The translations under genes were made by a program, and so were the position numbers. From assembly GCF_006345805.1 (NCBI RefSeq), contig NC_043009.1, positions 25,296,001-25,360,000 on the forward strand: a DNA stretch of 64,000 nt. The letters are read 5' to 3'. This DNA is from Octopus sinensis. Its lineage: Eukaryota. Under the pieces are notes generated by a model. That model was given only the letters and a program-made list of their open reading frames with translations, searched no databases and was not told the origin of the DNA. This document shows, piece by piece, positions 1 through 13,990 of this stretch. Within the stretch, counting starts at the first letter, position 1. The number at the start of each line of letters is the position of its first letter.

Positions 1-158
1 AAATTTATTATTAAATCTCAGAACGTAAAAAGCTACAGTAACACCCCTCCCCCTTTGTGGTTAGCCATATTGAGATGGCTATTATACTTTACATCTCTAA
101 AAATGCTTATATAATTATTTCCCTTACAAACCTGAGCAACGCCGGGCGATACTGCTAG
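1..158 (+). mobile_element. 3' end of non-autonomous Helitron-like element
   Basis: Subterminal hairpin cctgagcaacgccggg followed by CTAG at 155-158. Confidence 0.7.
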
Positions 159-1817
159 TCTTATTATAAAAGGCAGATTTTATCTGCCTCCCTTTGTAAC
201 TTATAGAAATCTACAATATAGGATTTCTTCAATTACAATTTACCTAGCATTTTTAAGAGTAGAATGCATCGGGTCATGCCAGGTCCAGTTTTTAAAATTT
301 AAACTCCAATTAAGCAAAATTTACAGAAAACTCACATTCTGGTGTGTATGTCAAATGCTTTTCTTAATGTGGTTTACACCACACGCACACACACAGTGGC
401 AACGAATAAAATGAAAGTAAATAGCGACAGAGTGATTTGAGGAAGACTAAACTGAAAGTATTTAAAACCACTACTCAAAAAATAAAAAAACACAGCAAAC
501 AGAAACAAATAAATACATAACAATTTACTCCTCACACAATTTCTTCAATTAGAGTTTACCTAAGATTTTTCTAAGTACTCCATTCGGTCATGCCATAATA
601 TATTTCTTTCAATTTCACCCCCAATTAAGACAAAATTCGAGAAAACTCAATATTTTAACATTTCACTCCGAACAGCATGAGCATTGTACATGTGTGCGTG
701 CGTGAGTGTGTGTGTGTGTGTGTGTGTTTGATGGGTTGTGCGACACAGAAAGTGTGGTGTGTAAGTGAAGTGCTTTTGTTAGTGTGTGTAAAGAGACAGA
801 GAGAGTGAAAGACAGAAATAACTGAACTTTTTTTATTCACTTTTTGTAGTGAGTGACTGAGAGAGAAAAGAGAGAGAGAGGTTATGTATGTATATATGTA
901 TGTATGGCTTCAGTGACACACATACACACAAAAACACATACCTACGTACACCTAAAGCACGCACACACACACACAAGCGGAGCGCGAACTTCAAAATTTT
1001 GGTAGTATTAATTTGCGAGCATACTTCTAAGCGCGCGTAATTGAAAGTTTTCACTATGATATCATCACGTGCGAAAAAATTCAAAGGGTTTTGAACAATT
1101 GAGATACAGATGTCACGCCTGTATTGAAACCATTGCTAAGCTGCCGTAATTGCTTAATTAAGACTTTGTTTAAATTGAAAGGGGCAAATATGTGACGAGG
1201 TTGAAAAAAAATACCCCAGAAAAAAGAATGTACTGCTGGTATTTATATAATTCACTACTATTTTGCTACAATGTCATGAAAAAGAAAAAATTTAGGTATG
1301 TAAATCGAATTCGCCACCCCCTTTTCCCCGTTCGCGTTTGTGTAAAAAGAATTATTATTCAAGTTTTAAAAATTATTTACTTTGTTCAAAAAATATTAAC
1401 ATTAATTAATTTTCAAGAATTATTTAATTTTATTCTGTAAAATAGTAATTAATTCATTTATCTGTAAATCCGCGAGGTTGTTACTCAGGCACCTAGAATG
1501 GTAACCTTCAACTAACACTAGCTCCTCCGAGACCCTGCGGCGCAAGTTCACCAAAATTGAGAGTATGGTAGAAGAAGGGTTGCTCTTCCTTCCGTAGAAC
1601 ATAAAATTCAAATCGGACCATGTTAACACCAAAAATTATTTACATCAAAAAGATGCTTTTTTCTATGAAAATCCCTATTTTTTACGATTTTTTCACTGCT
1701 GTGTCGCCACTTTTCGGTGTATTTCGACCAGAAAAATGTTCACAAAATTTTTACTTTTCAAAATTACAATTCCAGCGGATCGAAACAAACCCAAGCAACG
1801 CCGGGCGATACTGCTAG
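159..1817 (+). mobile_element. Non-autonomous Helitron-like element, tandem with the previous one
   Basis: Starts TC(ttattataaa) immediately after the previous CTAG. Ends with cccaagcaacgccggg hairpin plus CTAG|T at 1814-1817. Internal duplicated segment (ttcttcaatt..tttaccta) and microsatellites; no TSD. Confidence 0.7.
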
Positions 1818-2039
1818 TATATATATATATATATATATACACTCTTTATTTGTGGATTAAAAATACTGCCAGTGGTTTCATGGAGAGAAACACACAAATA
1901 CAAAATGTTTATCCAGCAATGGGATTTGAGTACTCAACCTCTCCATCTAATATTAGCATGTGTATATATGTAAGTATGTACATGTGTGTGTGTATATACA
2001 TACAAACATACATATATACATACATATACATATATATAT

Positions 2040-2230
2040 ATAAAGTTAATCCAAACAAGAAAGCACAAAAAAAACAACAACGCGAGGATGTGGAACAAAT
2101 ATAGTATTATTGGACGCTCAGGAAAGAAGGAGGGTTTAACGTTTCGAGCGGAGCTCTTTGTCGGAAACATAGGAGAAGGAAAGATCCAGAGAAGGGAAGA
2201 CAGAGGAAAAAAAAATCGCCAACGGTATCA
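2040..2230 (-). mobile_element. Penelope-LTR-like repeat (family 2) with degenerate minimal hammerhead at 2134-2168
   Basis: Reverse complement of 42630-42835; core reads CCGACAA-A-GAGC-ucc-GCUC-GAAA-CG-UU-AAAC. Confidence 0.6.
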
Positions 2231-2291
2231 TGCTTGGAAATGATGGCGTGGCATTCAATTAAATAATAATACAAATAATATATGTACATAA

Positions 2292-2339
<48 letters not shown>

Positions 2340-2532
2340 GCATATATGGGTACAGGATGTCACCAACAGTAGACAACATGATATACAAAAACAAATGAGT
2401 TAAATACGCAAATAATGAGAGAAAAAAAGGACAAGTAATACAAAGAATGACTCTTCATCAGTTGTCGGCTGTCTATCTACTCCTCATTTCGAGCAATATT
2501 CAGACAGTTGGTCCCATGTATTTATGTGAATG

Positions 2533-2604
<72 letters not shown>

Positions 2605-3039
2605 TGTGTATGTATATATATATATATATGTATGTGTATGTATATATATATATATGTATGTGTATGTATATATATATATATGCATGTGTATGTATATATA
2701 TATATGCATGTGTATGTATATACATATATAACATATATGTGTGTATGTATATACATATATAACATATATGTATGTATGTATAAATATATATATATATATA
2801 TATAGGAAGCAAAGTAACTACACAGTACTTTATGTCACTCAGTCATCACAGGATGGTAGTGGTGATTTCAAATTTTTGTAGAAGGGCAGCAGTTTTATTG
2901 GGTTGGGTATAGTTGGTCTTGGGGGCATTTTTTGAAACTTGTACCAAAAGGTAAGAAGGAATTCCACTGAAGTAGTTGATCCAAGATGCTAACATTTCCG
3001 CCAGCTCACCATTTTAATAATGATAATGATGATCTTTTC

Positions 3040-3246
3040 CACTAATGGGCACAAGGCTTGGGGTTTTGCAGGTGGAGGCTAGTCGATTGGATCAACTCCA
3101 GCACTCAACTGGTATTTATTTTATTGACCCTGATGGGATAAAGGGTAAAGTCGACCTCAGTGGAATTTGAACTCGGAAAGTAAAGGTCAGCAAAATCCCA
3201 CAAACCATTTCACCCAGCGTGCTGAATATTCTGCCAGCTCACCACC

Positions 3247-3314
<68 letters not shown>

Positions 3315-3990
3315 CCTTTCTATTCTAGGCACAAGGCCCGAAATTTTGGGAGAGGGGGCCAGTTGATTAGATCGAGTTCAGTATGCAACTGGTACTTAAT
3401 TTATCAACCCCCAAAGGATGAAAGGCAAAGTCGACTTCTGCGAAATTTGAACTCAGAACGTAACAGCAGACGAAATACCGCTAAGCATTTCACCCAGCGT
3501 GCTAATGATTCTGCCAGGTCACCACCTTAATAATAATGATAATAGTAATAATAATCATTTCTACTAACGGCACAAGGTATGAAATTTTTGGGGAGGGGTC
3601 TAGTCGATTACATTGACCCCAGTACACAACAGGTACTTATTTTATTGACCCTGAAAGGATGAAAAACTAAGTCAACCTCAGCAGAATTTAAACTCAGAAC
3701 ATGGAGACAGATGCAATACCACTAAGCATTTTGCTAATGATTCTGCCTGCTTGCCACCTTAATAATAATGATAATAATCCTTTGTGCTATAGGCACAAGA
3801 CATGGAATTTTGCGGGAAGGGACTACTCAATCACATTGACCCCAGTGTTTCACTGGCACTTAATAACCCCAAAAGGATGAAAGCAAGGTCGACCTTGGTG
3901 GAATTTGAACTCAGAACATAGCAGTCGACGAAATACTGCTTAGCATTTTGCCTGGTATGCTAACGTTTCTGTCAGCTCTCCACCTAATAA
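3040..3990 (-). mobile_element. Tandem cluster of four SINE-B copies (head ggcggcgagctggcagaa...gttcaaattcc) separated by (TAA)n
   Basis: Repeated unit of about 200 nt with a B-box-like gagttcaaattcc and central gactttgcctttcatcctttcggggtcgat; many further copies at 6985-7205, 22000-22190, 22450-22680, 27130-27330, 39230-39455, 58540-59050 and 61020-61245. Confidence 0.85.
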
Positions 3991-4024
3991 TAATAATGAT
4001 GATGATAATAATCATAATAATTCG

Positions 4025-4411
4025 TTTTACTTGTTTCAGTCATTTGACTGTGGCCATGCTGGAGCACCGCCTTTAGTCAAGCAAATCTACCCCAGAACTT
4101 ATTCTTTGTAAGCCTAGTACTTATTCTATCGGTCTCTTTTGCCGAACTGCTAAGTTTCGCGGACATAAACACACCGGCATCGGTTGTCAAGCGATGTTGG
4201 GGAGGACAAACACAGACACACAAACACACACACACACATATATATATACATATAGATATATACGACGGGCTTCTTTCAGTTTCTGTCTACCAAATCCACT
4301 CACAAGGCTTTGGTAGGCCCGAGGCTATGGTAGAAGACACTTGCCCAAGGTGCCACTGAACCCGGAACCATGTGGTTGGTAAGCAAGTTACTTACCACAC
4401 ATCCACTCCTG
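4025..4411 (-). mobile_element. tRNA-derived SINE-A (head ggcgcaggagtggctgtgtggtaag...gttcagtccc; internal microsatellite; tail gactgaaacaagtaaaagag)
   Basis: Representative of the most abundant family. Other copies include 8455-8845, 8875-9245, 23285-23668, 29565-29972, 30178-30545, 35335-35760, 41962-42345, 51675-52225, 53745-54095 and 60568-60960. Confidence 0.88.
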
Positions 4412-4421
4412 TAATGATAAT

Positions 4422-4455
<34 letters not shown>

Positions 4456-5168
4456 TTTTGGCACAAAGCCAGCAGTTCCATGAACCCCTATGCTTATTTT
4501 GTTACTTAATTTTATTGACCCCTGGACAGATGAAAGTAATTGCAGACCTGGGCAGGATTTGAGCTCAGAATGAAAAGAGCCGTAACTAATCCCTGTCAGT
4601 GCACAGCCCTAAATAAAAATAAATAAATAAATAATCACAACAGTAAATAAATAAATGAATGAATGAAAAATAAAATGGAAAACAAATAAACAACCAAATG
4701 AAAGAAAATAGAATGAATAAAGCCATTCTTTTTCGCTGCCTGGTTCTCATAGACAGTAAGAAGTCTACAGTGTGTGCCTTCTCTTAAAGAAACTCATGTC
4801 TATAAAACAATGTGGAGATAATTGTATATGTACATCGGGTTATATGAGCAAGCATTCACTTAATGAAATTATGGATGATATAAAAATTAGAAAAGGTCCA
4901 TTTCGATATAGAATTCCGTGTTATAAAATTAGTGTTACTTAATTGAAATGGTAACGAACGCATAAATATAACATAGACAGGCAGACATGCTAAAGTACAT
5001 GCTGTTGTTTGTTGTTGCTGTTGTTGTTGTTGCTGCTGCTGCTGCTGGGGTTGTTTTTCACTAACAATAAACATTGATATATTGTATATACGTGTGTGTT
5101 TGTGTATGATTGTGTGTATATACATACATAAATAACACGCACACACATATGATATTTATATATGTATG

Positions 5169-5245
<77 letters not shown>

Positions 5246-5293
5246 ACATACATAAATAATGTGTGTGTATGTGAGTATATACATACATATTAC

Positions 5294-5349
<56 letters not shown>

Positions 5350-5504
5350 CACACACACACATTGTTATTGGGCTGATTTTTCACTGGCAATAAATGTGTA
5401 TTATGTAACATTGCATACATACACATGTGTGCATGTATATGTGTGTATGTGCATGTATATGTGTGTGTGTTGTATATATATGTGTGTATATGTATATGTA
5501 TATG

Positions 5505-5695
5505 TGTGATAGACCGTTAGCTACTACACGCATTTTTTTTCTCTCCTTGTTTTTTTCTGTGTATCTTTCCGTGGAAGAGCGTAGGCTCGAAACGTAAAAG
5601 ATTTTTTCTATTCCTGAGCGCTATACTAATACATTTGTTTGTTTGTACACCACCTGCCTTCATCTTTTGTTTATTTTCTTAAACTCTCCCTTTAT
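5505..5695 (+). mobile_element. Penelope-LTR-like repeat (family 3) with hammerhead-like fold at 5564-5601
   Basis: UCUUU-CCGUGGA-A-GAGC-guag-GCUC-GAAA-CG-UA-AAAGA; shares the downstream ttcctgagcg..taatac..atttgtt block with family 2. Confidence 0.5.
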
Positions 5696-5956
5696 ATATA
5701 TATATATATGTATACACACACATATAAAATATACTGCACTGTGCTTAGAAGTGATGAATATGTTACCAGAATTTTCTGACTCGAGTCAAATATAGCAGAC
5801 CACCCGAAATCCTTGTTACAGCATCCGTGTTCATGGTGCCAGGACTGGCCAACTTGTACTGGCATCAAGTCATGGAAGCATATCATGTACTATAATAAGG
5901 AATCGAGCCAAGTTAATGGTATTTTGAATTCCGAAATACCATTATTGTGTTTGACT

Positions 5957-6580
5957 TCATCGTCGTCGTCATTGTCATCATTATCAGCATTGTCATCATC
6001 ACCATCATCATCATCGTCACCATCATCACCATCGTCATCATCATCATCACCGTCATTGTCATCATTATCGTCATCATCATCGTCGTCATCATCACCATAA
6101 TCATCACCGTCGTCTTCAATATCATCATTGTCATCATCACCATCATCGTCGTCGTCGTCATCATCATCCGTCATCGTCGTCATCATCAGCATCGTCACCA
6201 TCATCTCCATCGTCATCATCATCATCGTCGTCATCATCACCATCGTCATCATCACCATCGTCATCATCATCATTACCGTCGTCTTCAATATCATCATCAT
6301 CATCGTTATTATCATCATCATCGTCGTCGTCGTCATCATCATCATCATCATCACTGTCATCATCATCATCATCATCACCGTCGTCTTCATTATCATCATT
6401 GTCATCATCACCATCATCTGCGTCGTCGTCATCATCATCATCATCACCATCGTCATCATCATCATCATCATCACCATCGTCTTCATTATCATCATTGTCA
6501 TCATCACCTCGTCGTCATCATCACTGTCATCGTCGTCATCATCATCATCATCGTCATCACCATCATCATCGCCATCAACG
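5957..6580. repeat. Long degenerate (CAT/CGT/CAC)n trinucleotide array
   Basis: About 620 nt of CAT-based triplets; source of the poly-D/M/H/I/S ORFs. Confidence 0.95.
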
Positions 6581-9500
6581 TATGAGCATTCAGCTTTTGC
6601 CCAACATCCTGCACAAATGATTTCTTTATAATGATCGAATGTCCGTGCCACACATTAGCTCACTTTCTCCATTAAATCAATGTTGTCCGAACAGGTGCTC
6701 AGTGTACCATGTGTCAGGTGTCAAAGTGCTCGCAGAGCAACGTAAATGAAGTGTTTTGCTCAAGAACACAGTGCACCACCTTGTCTAAGAAGTGAAACCA
6801 GCACCCTAACCACTAAGCATGTGTCCTCACAATATAAAAGAAATATGTGTTTTATATATATATATATATCTCATAAAAATTAACAGCTACTTAGAAGACT
6901 CTTTCTATTGTTTGTGTATGTGTACATTTATATATGCATGTGTATGTGTATATATATATATACGTGTGTTTGTGTATACCTATTTCTTTACTGCCCACAA
7001 GGGGCTAAACACAGAGGGGACAAGCAAGGACAGACAAACGGATTAAGTCAATTACATCGACCCCAGTGCGTAATTGGTACTTATTTAATCGACCCCGAAA
7101 GGATGAAAGGCAAAGTTGACCTCGGTGGAATTTGAACTCAGAACGTAGCGACAGACGAAATACCACTAAGCATTTCACCCAGCGTGCTAACGTTTCTGCC
7201 AGCTTGTGTGTTTGTGTATACCGTCATCTTGATATTGCGAAGGTAGTAAATGAGCATCACCGTCATACAAGCGGTGTTGTTTGTTTCCAGTATTCAGTGA
7301 AAAACATGTCTGGTTACAGAGAAATATTACCTTGCTTGGGAACGAACAAAGGTTTGCAGACAAGATGGACATCCAGCCTTAGAAAATCTGCTTTCAACCA
7401 ATTCTCTGTGATACGTGGAAGTATGGAAAAGTGGACGTTAAATGATTATATATATCCTCCTCCTCATCATCATCATCATCTTCATTATTGTTGTCGTTTA
7501 ATGTCCATTTTTCTATGCTGGTTCGGGTTGGTCAGTGTAACAAGGACCCGATGAGCCAAAGGACTGTATCATACTCCAGTCTCTGCTTTGGCTTGGTTTC
7601 TGCAGCTGGACGCTTTTCCAAATGCCAACCACTCTCCGATATGTACTGGGTGCTTTTTCTCAGAGCACCCACACTGTTGGTGTCGCCATGTAGCTCACAA
7701 GTTCACCAACCCAAGTATGGAGGATGTTGCATCCATATCTAAGATCAGGGTTAAGAGCTGAAGAAAGAAGCTGGGGTAGAGCAGTACTTTACCCAAACTG
7801 AACATCCAAAGCTTTTCTGGTTGTGGTCCTGGAGTCTACAAGAACTCAAACAATAAAGGAATACAAATGATGCCAGTCTAAGAACTGAATGGTTCTCATT
7901 TCCATCTAATTTTGTGTTTCTTCCATGGAAACCAAATTTCTGCATCTAGTGCTGAACAATGATCTTGCTGCAGTTTGGAATTCCTGTCTGATATTGTTGA
8001 GGGGTGATAAACGATTATGCTGTATGACCCTCTTCAGCACTCGACAGTGAAAGTGATGAGGGGAGTTGTAATTTGGGTTTGCAAATGCAGTAGTAGGGAG
8101 AAGGGTCCCTTTTTGTTATTCTCCTGAATTTTTTTGTGATTCCGTCTGCTCACATTTAGGAGAGAGAACGGGAGTGAATTAGAGGAGGTTCTCAGTCAAT
8201 AAACCTTTTCTTTTAACTCTTACTGCGGCCATGAATCTGAGTTGAACTAATCGACCCCACTACTTATTTTTTTTAAGTCTGTTACTTACTCTATCAATGT
8301 CTTTTGCCAAGCCCTTAAGTTACAGGGATGTAAACATACCAACACTGGTTGTCAAGCAGTGGTAAGGGACAAACACAAACCCAAAGAGATATACACATAT
8401 ATTTATAAAACTGAACGTTAAAAATGATGATGATGGTGATGATATCTATATAAGCTTGGCTGTGTGGTAAGAAGTTTGCTTCCCAACCACATGGTCCTGG
8501 GTTCAATCCCACTGCGTGACACCTTAGGTCAAGTGTCTTTTACTATATAGCCGCAGGTTGACCAAAGGCTTGCGAGTGGATTTGTTAGAGGGAAACTGAA
8601 ACAAGCTCAAAGTATATATGTTTGCGTGTGTGCTTGTCTCTCTGTCTTTGTTTTCCGCCACCACTTGACAACCGGTGTTGGTGTGTTTACATCCCCATAA
8701 CTTAGCAGTTCAGCAAAAGTGTACAATAGAATAAGTACCAGGCTTAAAAGAATAATTACTGGAGTTGATTCATTCACCTAAAATTCCTCAAGGTGGTGCT
8801 CCATCATGGCCGCAGTCCAATGACTGAAACAAGAAAAAGATAGAAGATATATATATATATATATGTATTCTTTTATTCTTTTACTTGTTTCAGTCATTTG
8901 ACTGCAGCCATGCTGGAGCACCACCTTTAATTGAACAAAATTGACCCCAGGACTTATTCTTTGTAGGCCTAGTACTTATTCTATCAGTCACTTTTGCTGA
9001 ACCGCTAAGTTATGGTTATGTAAACACACCAACATTGGTTATCAAGCAATGTTGCAGGGACAAACACAGACACACAAACATATACATATGATGGGCTTCT
9101 TTCAGTTTCCATCTACCAAATCCACTTACAAGTCTTTGGTCGACTCGAGGCTATAGTAGAAGACACTTGCCCAAGGTGCCACACAGTGGGACTGAACCCA
9201 GAACCATTGTGATTGGTAAGCAAGCTACTTACTACCTAGCCATGTCTGCACTTACGCCTATATATATATATATATAATATATATAATATATATTATATAT
9301 ATATAATATATATATATATATATAGGTGACATGCTTCTTTCAGTTTCCATCTACCAAATCCACTACAAGGCTTTGGTCAGCTCGAGGCTATAGTAGAAGA
9401 CACTTGCCCAAGGTGCCACGCGATGGGACTGAACCTAGAACCATGTGGTTGGTAAGCAGGCTACTTACCACACAGCCATGCAAAATCAGACGTTTTACGT

Positions 9501-12205
9501 GGAATATTTGTGCTTGTAGGTGTGTATACATTCTTGTCGATATAAACACACCATGTCTATATGGAAGGAATATAAGGCTACCTGAGAGAAAAAAAATAAA
9601 ACTAAAATCAAATAAAAATAAAAGAAAAATAAAAGAATCACACGGCATTCTTTTTATTGATTGGTTCCAATCCAACACTGACCATGATTGATTTATAGAT
9701 TATTGGTACGATGCCAGTGTACCATTCCAAGAACTCTGGCTAGGTTTTCACAGTGTGACGTGACACACGCTGGGGAAGATTTATAAAAGCGACTGTTGAA
9801 CAGCTTCGGGGTAGGGGTGGGGGGACTCTGATGGGGGTGTGGCGATGGAGGTGATGGGGAGTGCAGCTGGCTGGCTGACGATATATGGTGAGGTCTGCAG
9901 GAATCTAACCGTACAATTCGTTGTCTCTCTTGATAATTAAAATGATTCTTTAATTTCGACGTTTTGGGAAGTAACGGAAAAAAAGATTGTATACACCAAA
10001 AGAAACAAACAAAAAAAGAAACGATAAATAAATTGTAAAATTTAATTCCTTTTAATTTTCCCTCGGCTTGCTCCATCCCCTACCATCACTGCCACCACCA
10101 TCACCATCATCACTATCACTAACATCTTCACCATCACCACCATCAGTATCATTACCCCCACTGGTATACTTTACCCTCCCCGCCCAATTCACATTATTTG
10201 TTTTCTTCTCTCTTTTTCTCTCTGTCTCCACTTCCTCCTACTGCCACCATCACCACCACCTCTGTTGCAGCTGCTCCACCCCCCCTCTCCCACCTTTTCA
10301 CTTTACTCCCTCCCTCACCTCCCATCAATAACAATCATTCTGTTGCAGTCACATGATTATTAAGTGATTAAATCACTGCAGGTATGTGACACAGATGGAC
10401 AGACATAGGGAGAGATGGATGGATGGATGGACAGATGGATGGTCAGCTAGACAAACAAATGGTTGACTGGTTGGTTGGTTGGTTGGTCGGACAGTTGGAT
10501 TGTGGTTCAGATAGACATAGATTTTTGGCTGATCAGATAAACAGCAGACAAACAGACAGAGATGGTTGGTTGGTTGGTTGACTGGTCAGATAGCTGCATG
10601 ATTGATTGGTCTCAGACAGACAGCCAGACCATTGGTAGATAGAACATCTGATGGCTGATTGGTCAGTTGGTTGGTCTGCTCTAACAGATGGTTGTTGGTC
10701 ATGTAGGCAGACAGACAAATTAACCAGGTGATTGGTTGGCTGGTTGGTTTGTTCATTGGTTGATCAAACAGTCAGACAGGCAAGTTGGAATTCTTAGGCT
10801 TCTCTTCTGTACTGTGGTCAAGCTGGAACACCACTGTCAAGGGTTTCTAATCTGTCATAGCATGATCCTCTGTATTTCCATCTCATACTTATTTTATTAA
10901 TATCTATAGAAACATGGACCCCATATGCTATATCTTTCAATCCCCTGCAGCATGTTTTGTCCTTGAGCAAGACACTCTATTTCATGTTATTCCAGCTGGT
11001 AAAAATGAACTGTACCTGTAATTCAAAAGGGCCAACCTTGTCACACTCCATGCCATGTTCAATCTCCCTGAGAACTACATTAAGGATACACTTGTCTGTG
11101 GAGTACTCAGCCACTTGGATGGTAATTTCACGAGCAGGCCATTCCTGCTCGTGATCAACTGGAACCCTCATTGTTGCAAATGATGGAATGCTAGTATTTA
11201 AGATACATCTTCATTTTTCTGGTCAATGAGAGAGTGCTCTCTAACTTATCATCATCATCATCATAATGTCTATTTTTCCAAGCTTGCATGGGTCAAAGAG
11301 TAAAAAAGTAAAGGTCAGATTACCGTCTGGAGTCATACCAACTAATAAGGACGGTTTCCCAGTTTCCATGATGGAGATATTCCGCACCTGGATGGGATGC
11401 AAGTTCATCACAGTGTTACTCATTTTTGCAAGCTGAGTGGACTGGAGCAACGTGAAATGAAGTGTTTTGCTCAAGAACACAAAGCATCGCCCAGTCCAGG
11501 AATTGAACCCACAATTTTACAATTGTGAGTTCAACACCCTTAACCACTAAGCCACATGCCTCCACTATGGATCAAAGGGAATTTGTTAAAATTGTGTTTG
11601 TGCCCCCTTCTCTTGGTATCATGTGATAGTTGTAAATGAGTGCCACTGTCATACAAGCAGTGTTATTTGTTTCTAATTGTCCATGGAAATATGTCAGGTC
11701 ATAAGGGAATATCCCCTTGCTCACAAACAGGTGAGGGTTGGCAACAAGAAGGGCGTCCAGCTGTAGAAAAACCTGACTTCATGAATTCTGTCTGACCCAT
11801 GCAAGCATGGAAAAGCGGATGTTAAAACTATGATGATGATGATGATGTGTGTGTGTCCTTATCTTGGTATGATGTGGTGGATGTAAATGAGCATCACTGT
11901 TCATACACGTAATGTTCCAAATCTTTTGTGAAAAAAAATTCTCTAGTCTTGAAGAAATAATACCTTGCTTGGAAACAACGATTGGTGAGAGAAAGGACGT
12001 CTAACCACAGAAAATCTATCATCATAAATTGTATCAGATCCATGGAAGCCTGGTAAAGTGGACATTAAAACGATGAGGATAATGATGCACATATATATGT
12101 ACACACACACACACACACACATCATATGTACGCAATACAATTTCTGGAGTTCCTCTCTCTCAATACAGTATTAAAGTTGTTTATTCTTGCCTGTGTCTTT
12201 TACAG

Positions 12206-12355
12206 GTATTCATCCGAGAGTTAATCTCCAATGCCAGTGATGCTCTGGAGAAGCTGCGCTACCACCAATTGTCCACCGACACCATCCAGGACAAAGAACT
12301 GCCCCTCGAGATCCACATTGCTGTTAATGAGACTGATAGAACGTTTACCATACAG
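12206..12355 (+). CDS. TRAP1: TRAP1 exon a ([21 protein letters not shown]...TFTIQ), 150 nt, phase 0/0
   Basis: ttttacag acceptor, CAG|gtaagt donor; catalytic Glu motif of the Hsp90 N-domain. Confidence 0.97.
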
Positions 12356-12589
12356 GTAAGTGCTGACATCAGGTGGATTGGCCCTTTTGTTTTTTTGTTT
12401 CTTTTGTGTTTTTATTTCATGTTTGTTTCCTGTACCAGTATTAGCATTTATAAATTATCTATTCACATGGTATATGTGTTTATATATACACACTTGCGGG
12501 TGCACACATTCATATATGTATGCACATATACATACACAGACATACCCAGTATGTGTTTCACCTAAAAATTAAAATAATGTTGTTAGTGG

Positions 12590-12621
<32 letters not shown>

Positions 12622-12706
12622 CATATATATATATATATATATACATACATATATATATATACATACACATATATATACATACATACATACATACACATAT
12701 ATATAT

Positions 12707-12737
<31 letters not shown>

Positions 12738-12770
12738 CATACACATATATACATATATATATACATACAC

Positions 12771-12803
<33 letters not shown>

Positions 12804-12902
12804 CATACACATATATATAACATACATATATATATATATACATACACATATATATAACATACATATATATATACATACACATATATATATATACATACCT
12901 AC

Positions 12903-12959
<57 letters not shown>

Positions 12960-13263
12960 CTGTAATCTCTTGCCATATCGTGGTTTATTATTTAAGCTTA
13001 CGTTGATTCCTTTGTGGTGTTGTTTTGCATTTATGATAAAATAAATATATACAAATTATAAAAGTAATTAAAAAAATATACAGAACAATACTGTTTCAAC
13101 TTCGTGGATTTTCACCTAACGCTGGGAGGTTTGGAACTTGACACCCGGAGTAGTCGAGGGTTTACTGTGTACGTGTGTGTGTGGTGTGTGTGTATATATA
13201 CATGCATATATATATGTGTATATATATGTGTATTATATGTATGTATTATATATGTATATATAT

Positions 13264-13303
<40 letters not shown>

Positions 13304-13365
13304 ATAGATATATATATATACACACACAATATATATGTATATATATTATATATGTATATATGTGC

Positions 13366-13398
<33 letters not shown>

Positions 13399-13511
13399 TA
13401 TATATGGAATATATGTATATATGTGCATATATATAGATAATATATATATACATAATTATACATATATGTGCATATATATATATATATATACACACATATA
13501 TATGTATATAT

Positions 13512-13559
<48 letters not shown>

Positions 13560-13935
13560 TATGTATATATGTGCATATATATATACATATATGTATATAT
13601 ATATCTATATATGGATATATATATATACTATATTGTGTATATATATATTCATAGGATATATTATTATATGTGTATATATATAATACATATATATATATGT
13701 GTGTGTATGTATGTATGGATAGATATGTATGTAATATATAGAGTATGTATATATATTATATATATGCTATATATATGTATGTATATATATATATATGTAT
13801 ATATATTATATATAAATAATGTATGTATATTATGTATGGTATATATATATATGTATGTATGTGTGTGTGTATACATATATATATGTATGTATGTATGTAT
13901 ACATATATATATATATATGTATGTATGTATGTATG

Positions 13936-13990
<55 letters not shown>

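Noticed and set aside
2420-2500. Complete hammerhead in the CUGAUGAAGAG repeat (minus strand); also tctgatgagg at 47621
   Set aside because: The CUGAUGA box is present but there is no correctly placed GAAA with stem II; at most a pLTR remnant.
5765-5889. Possible minus-strand exon YMICFHDLMPVQVGQSWHHEHGCC...
   Set aside because: AG/GT-bounded open stretch, but no recognisable homology and no phase-linked partner exon found.
5890-6651. 253-aa and overlapping poly-Asp/Met/His/Ile/Ser ORFs
   Set aside because: Products of a (CAT)n triplet array that is open in most frames; no splice or domain evidence.
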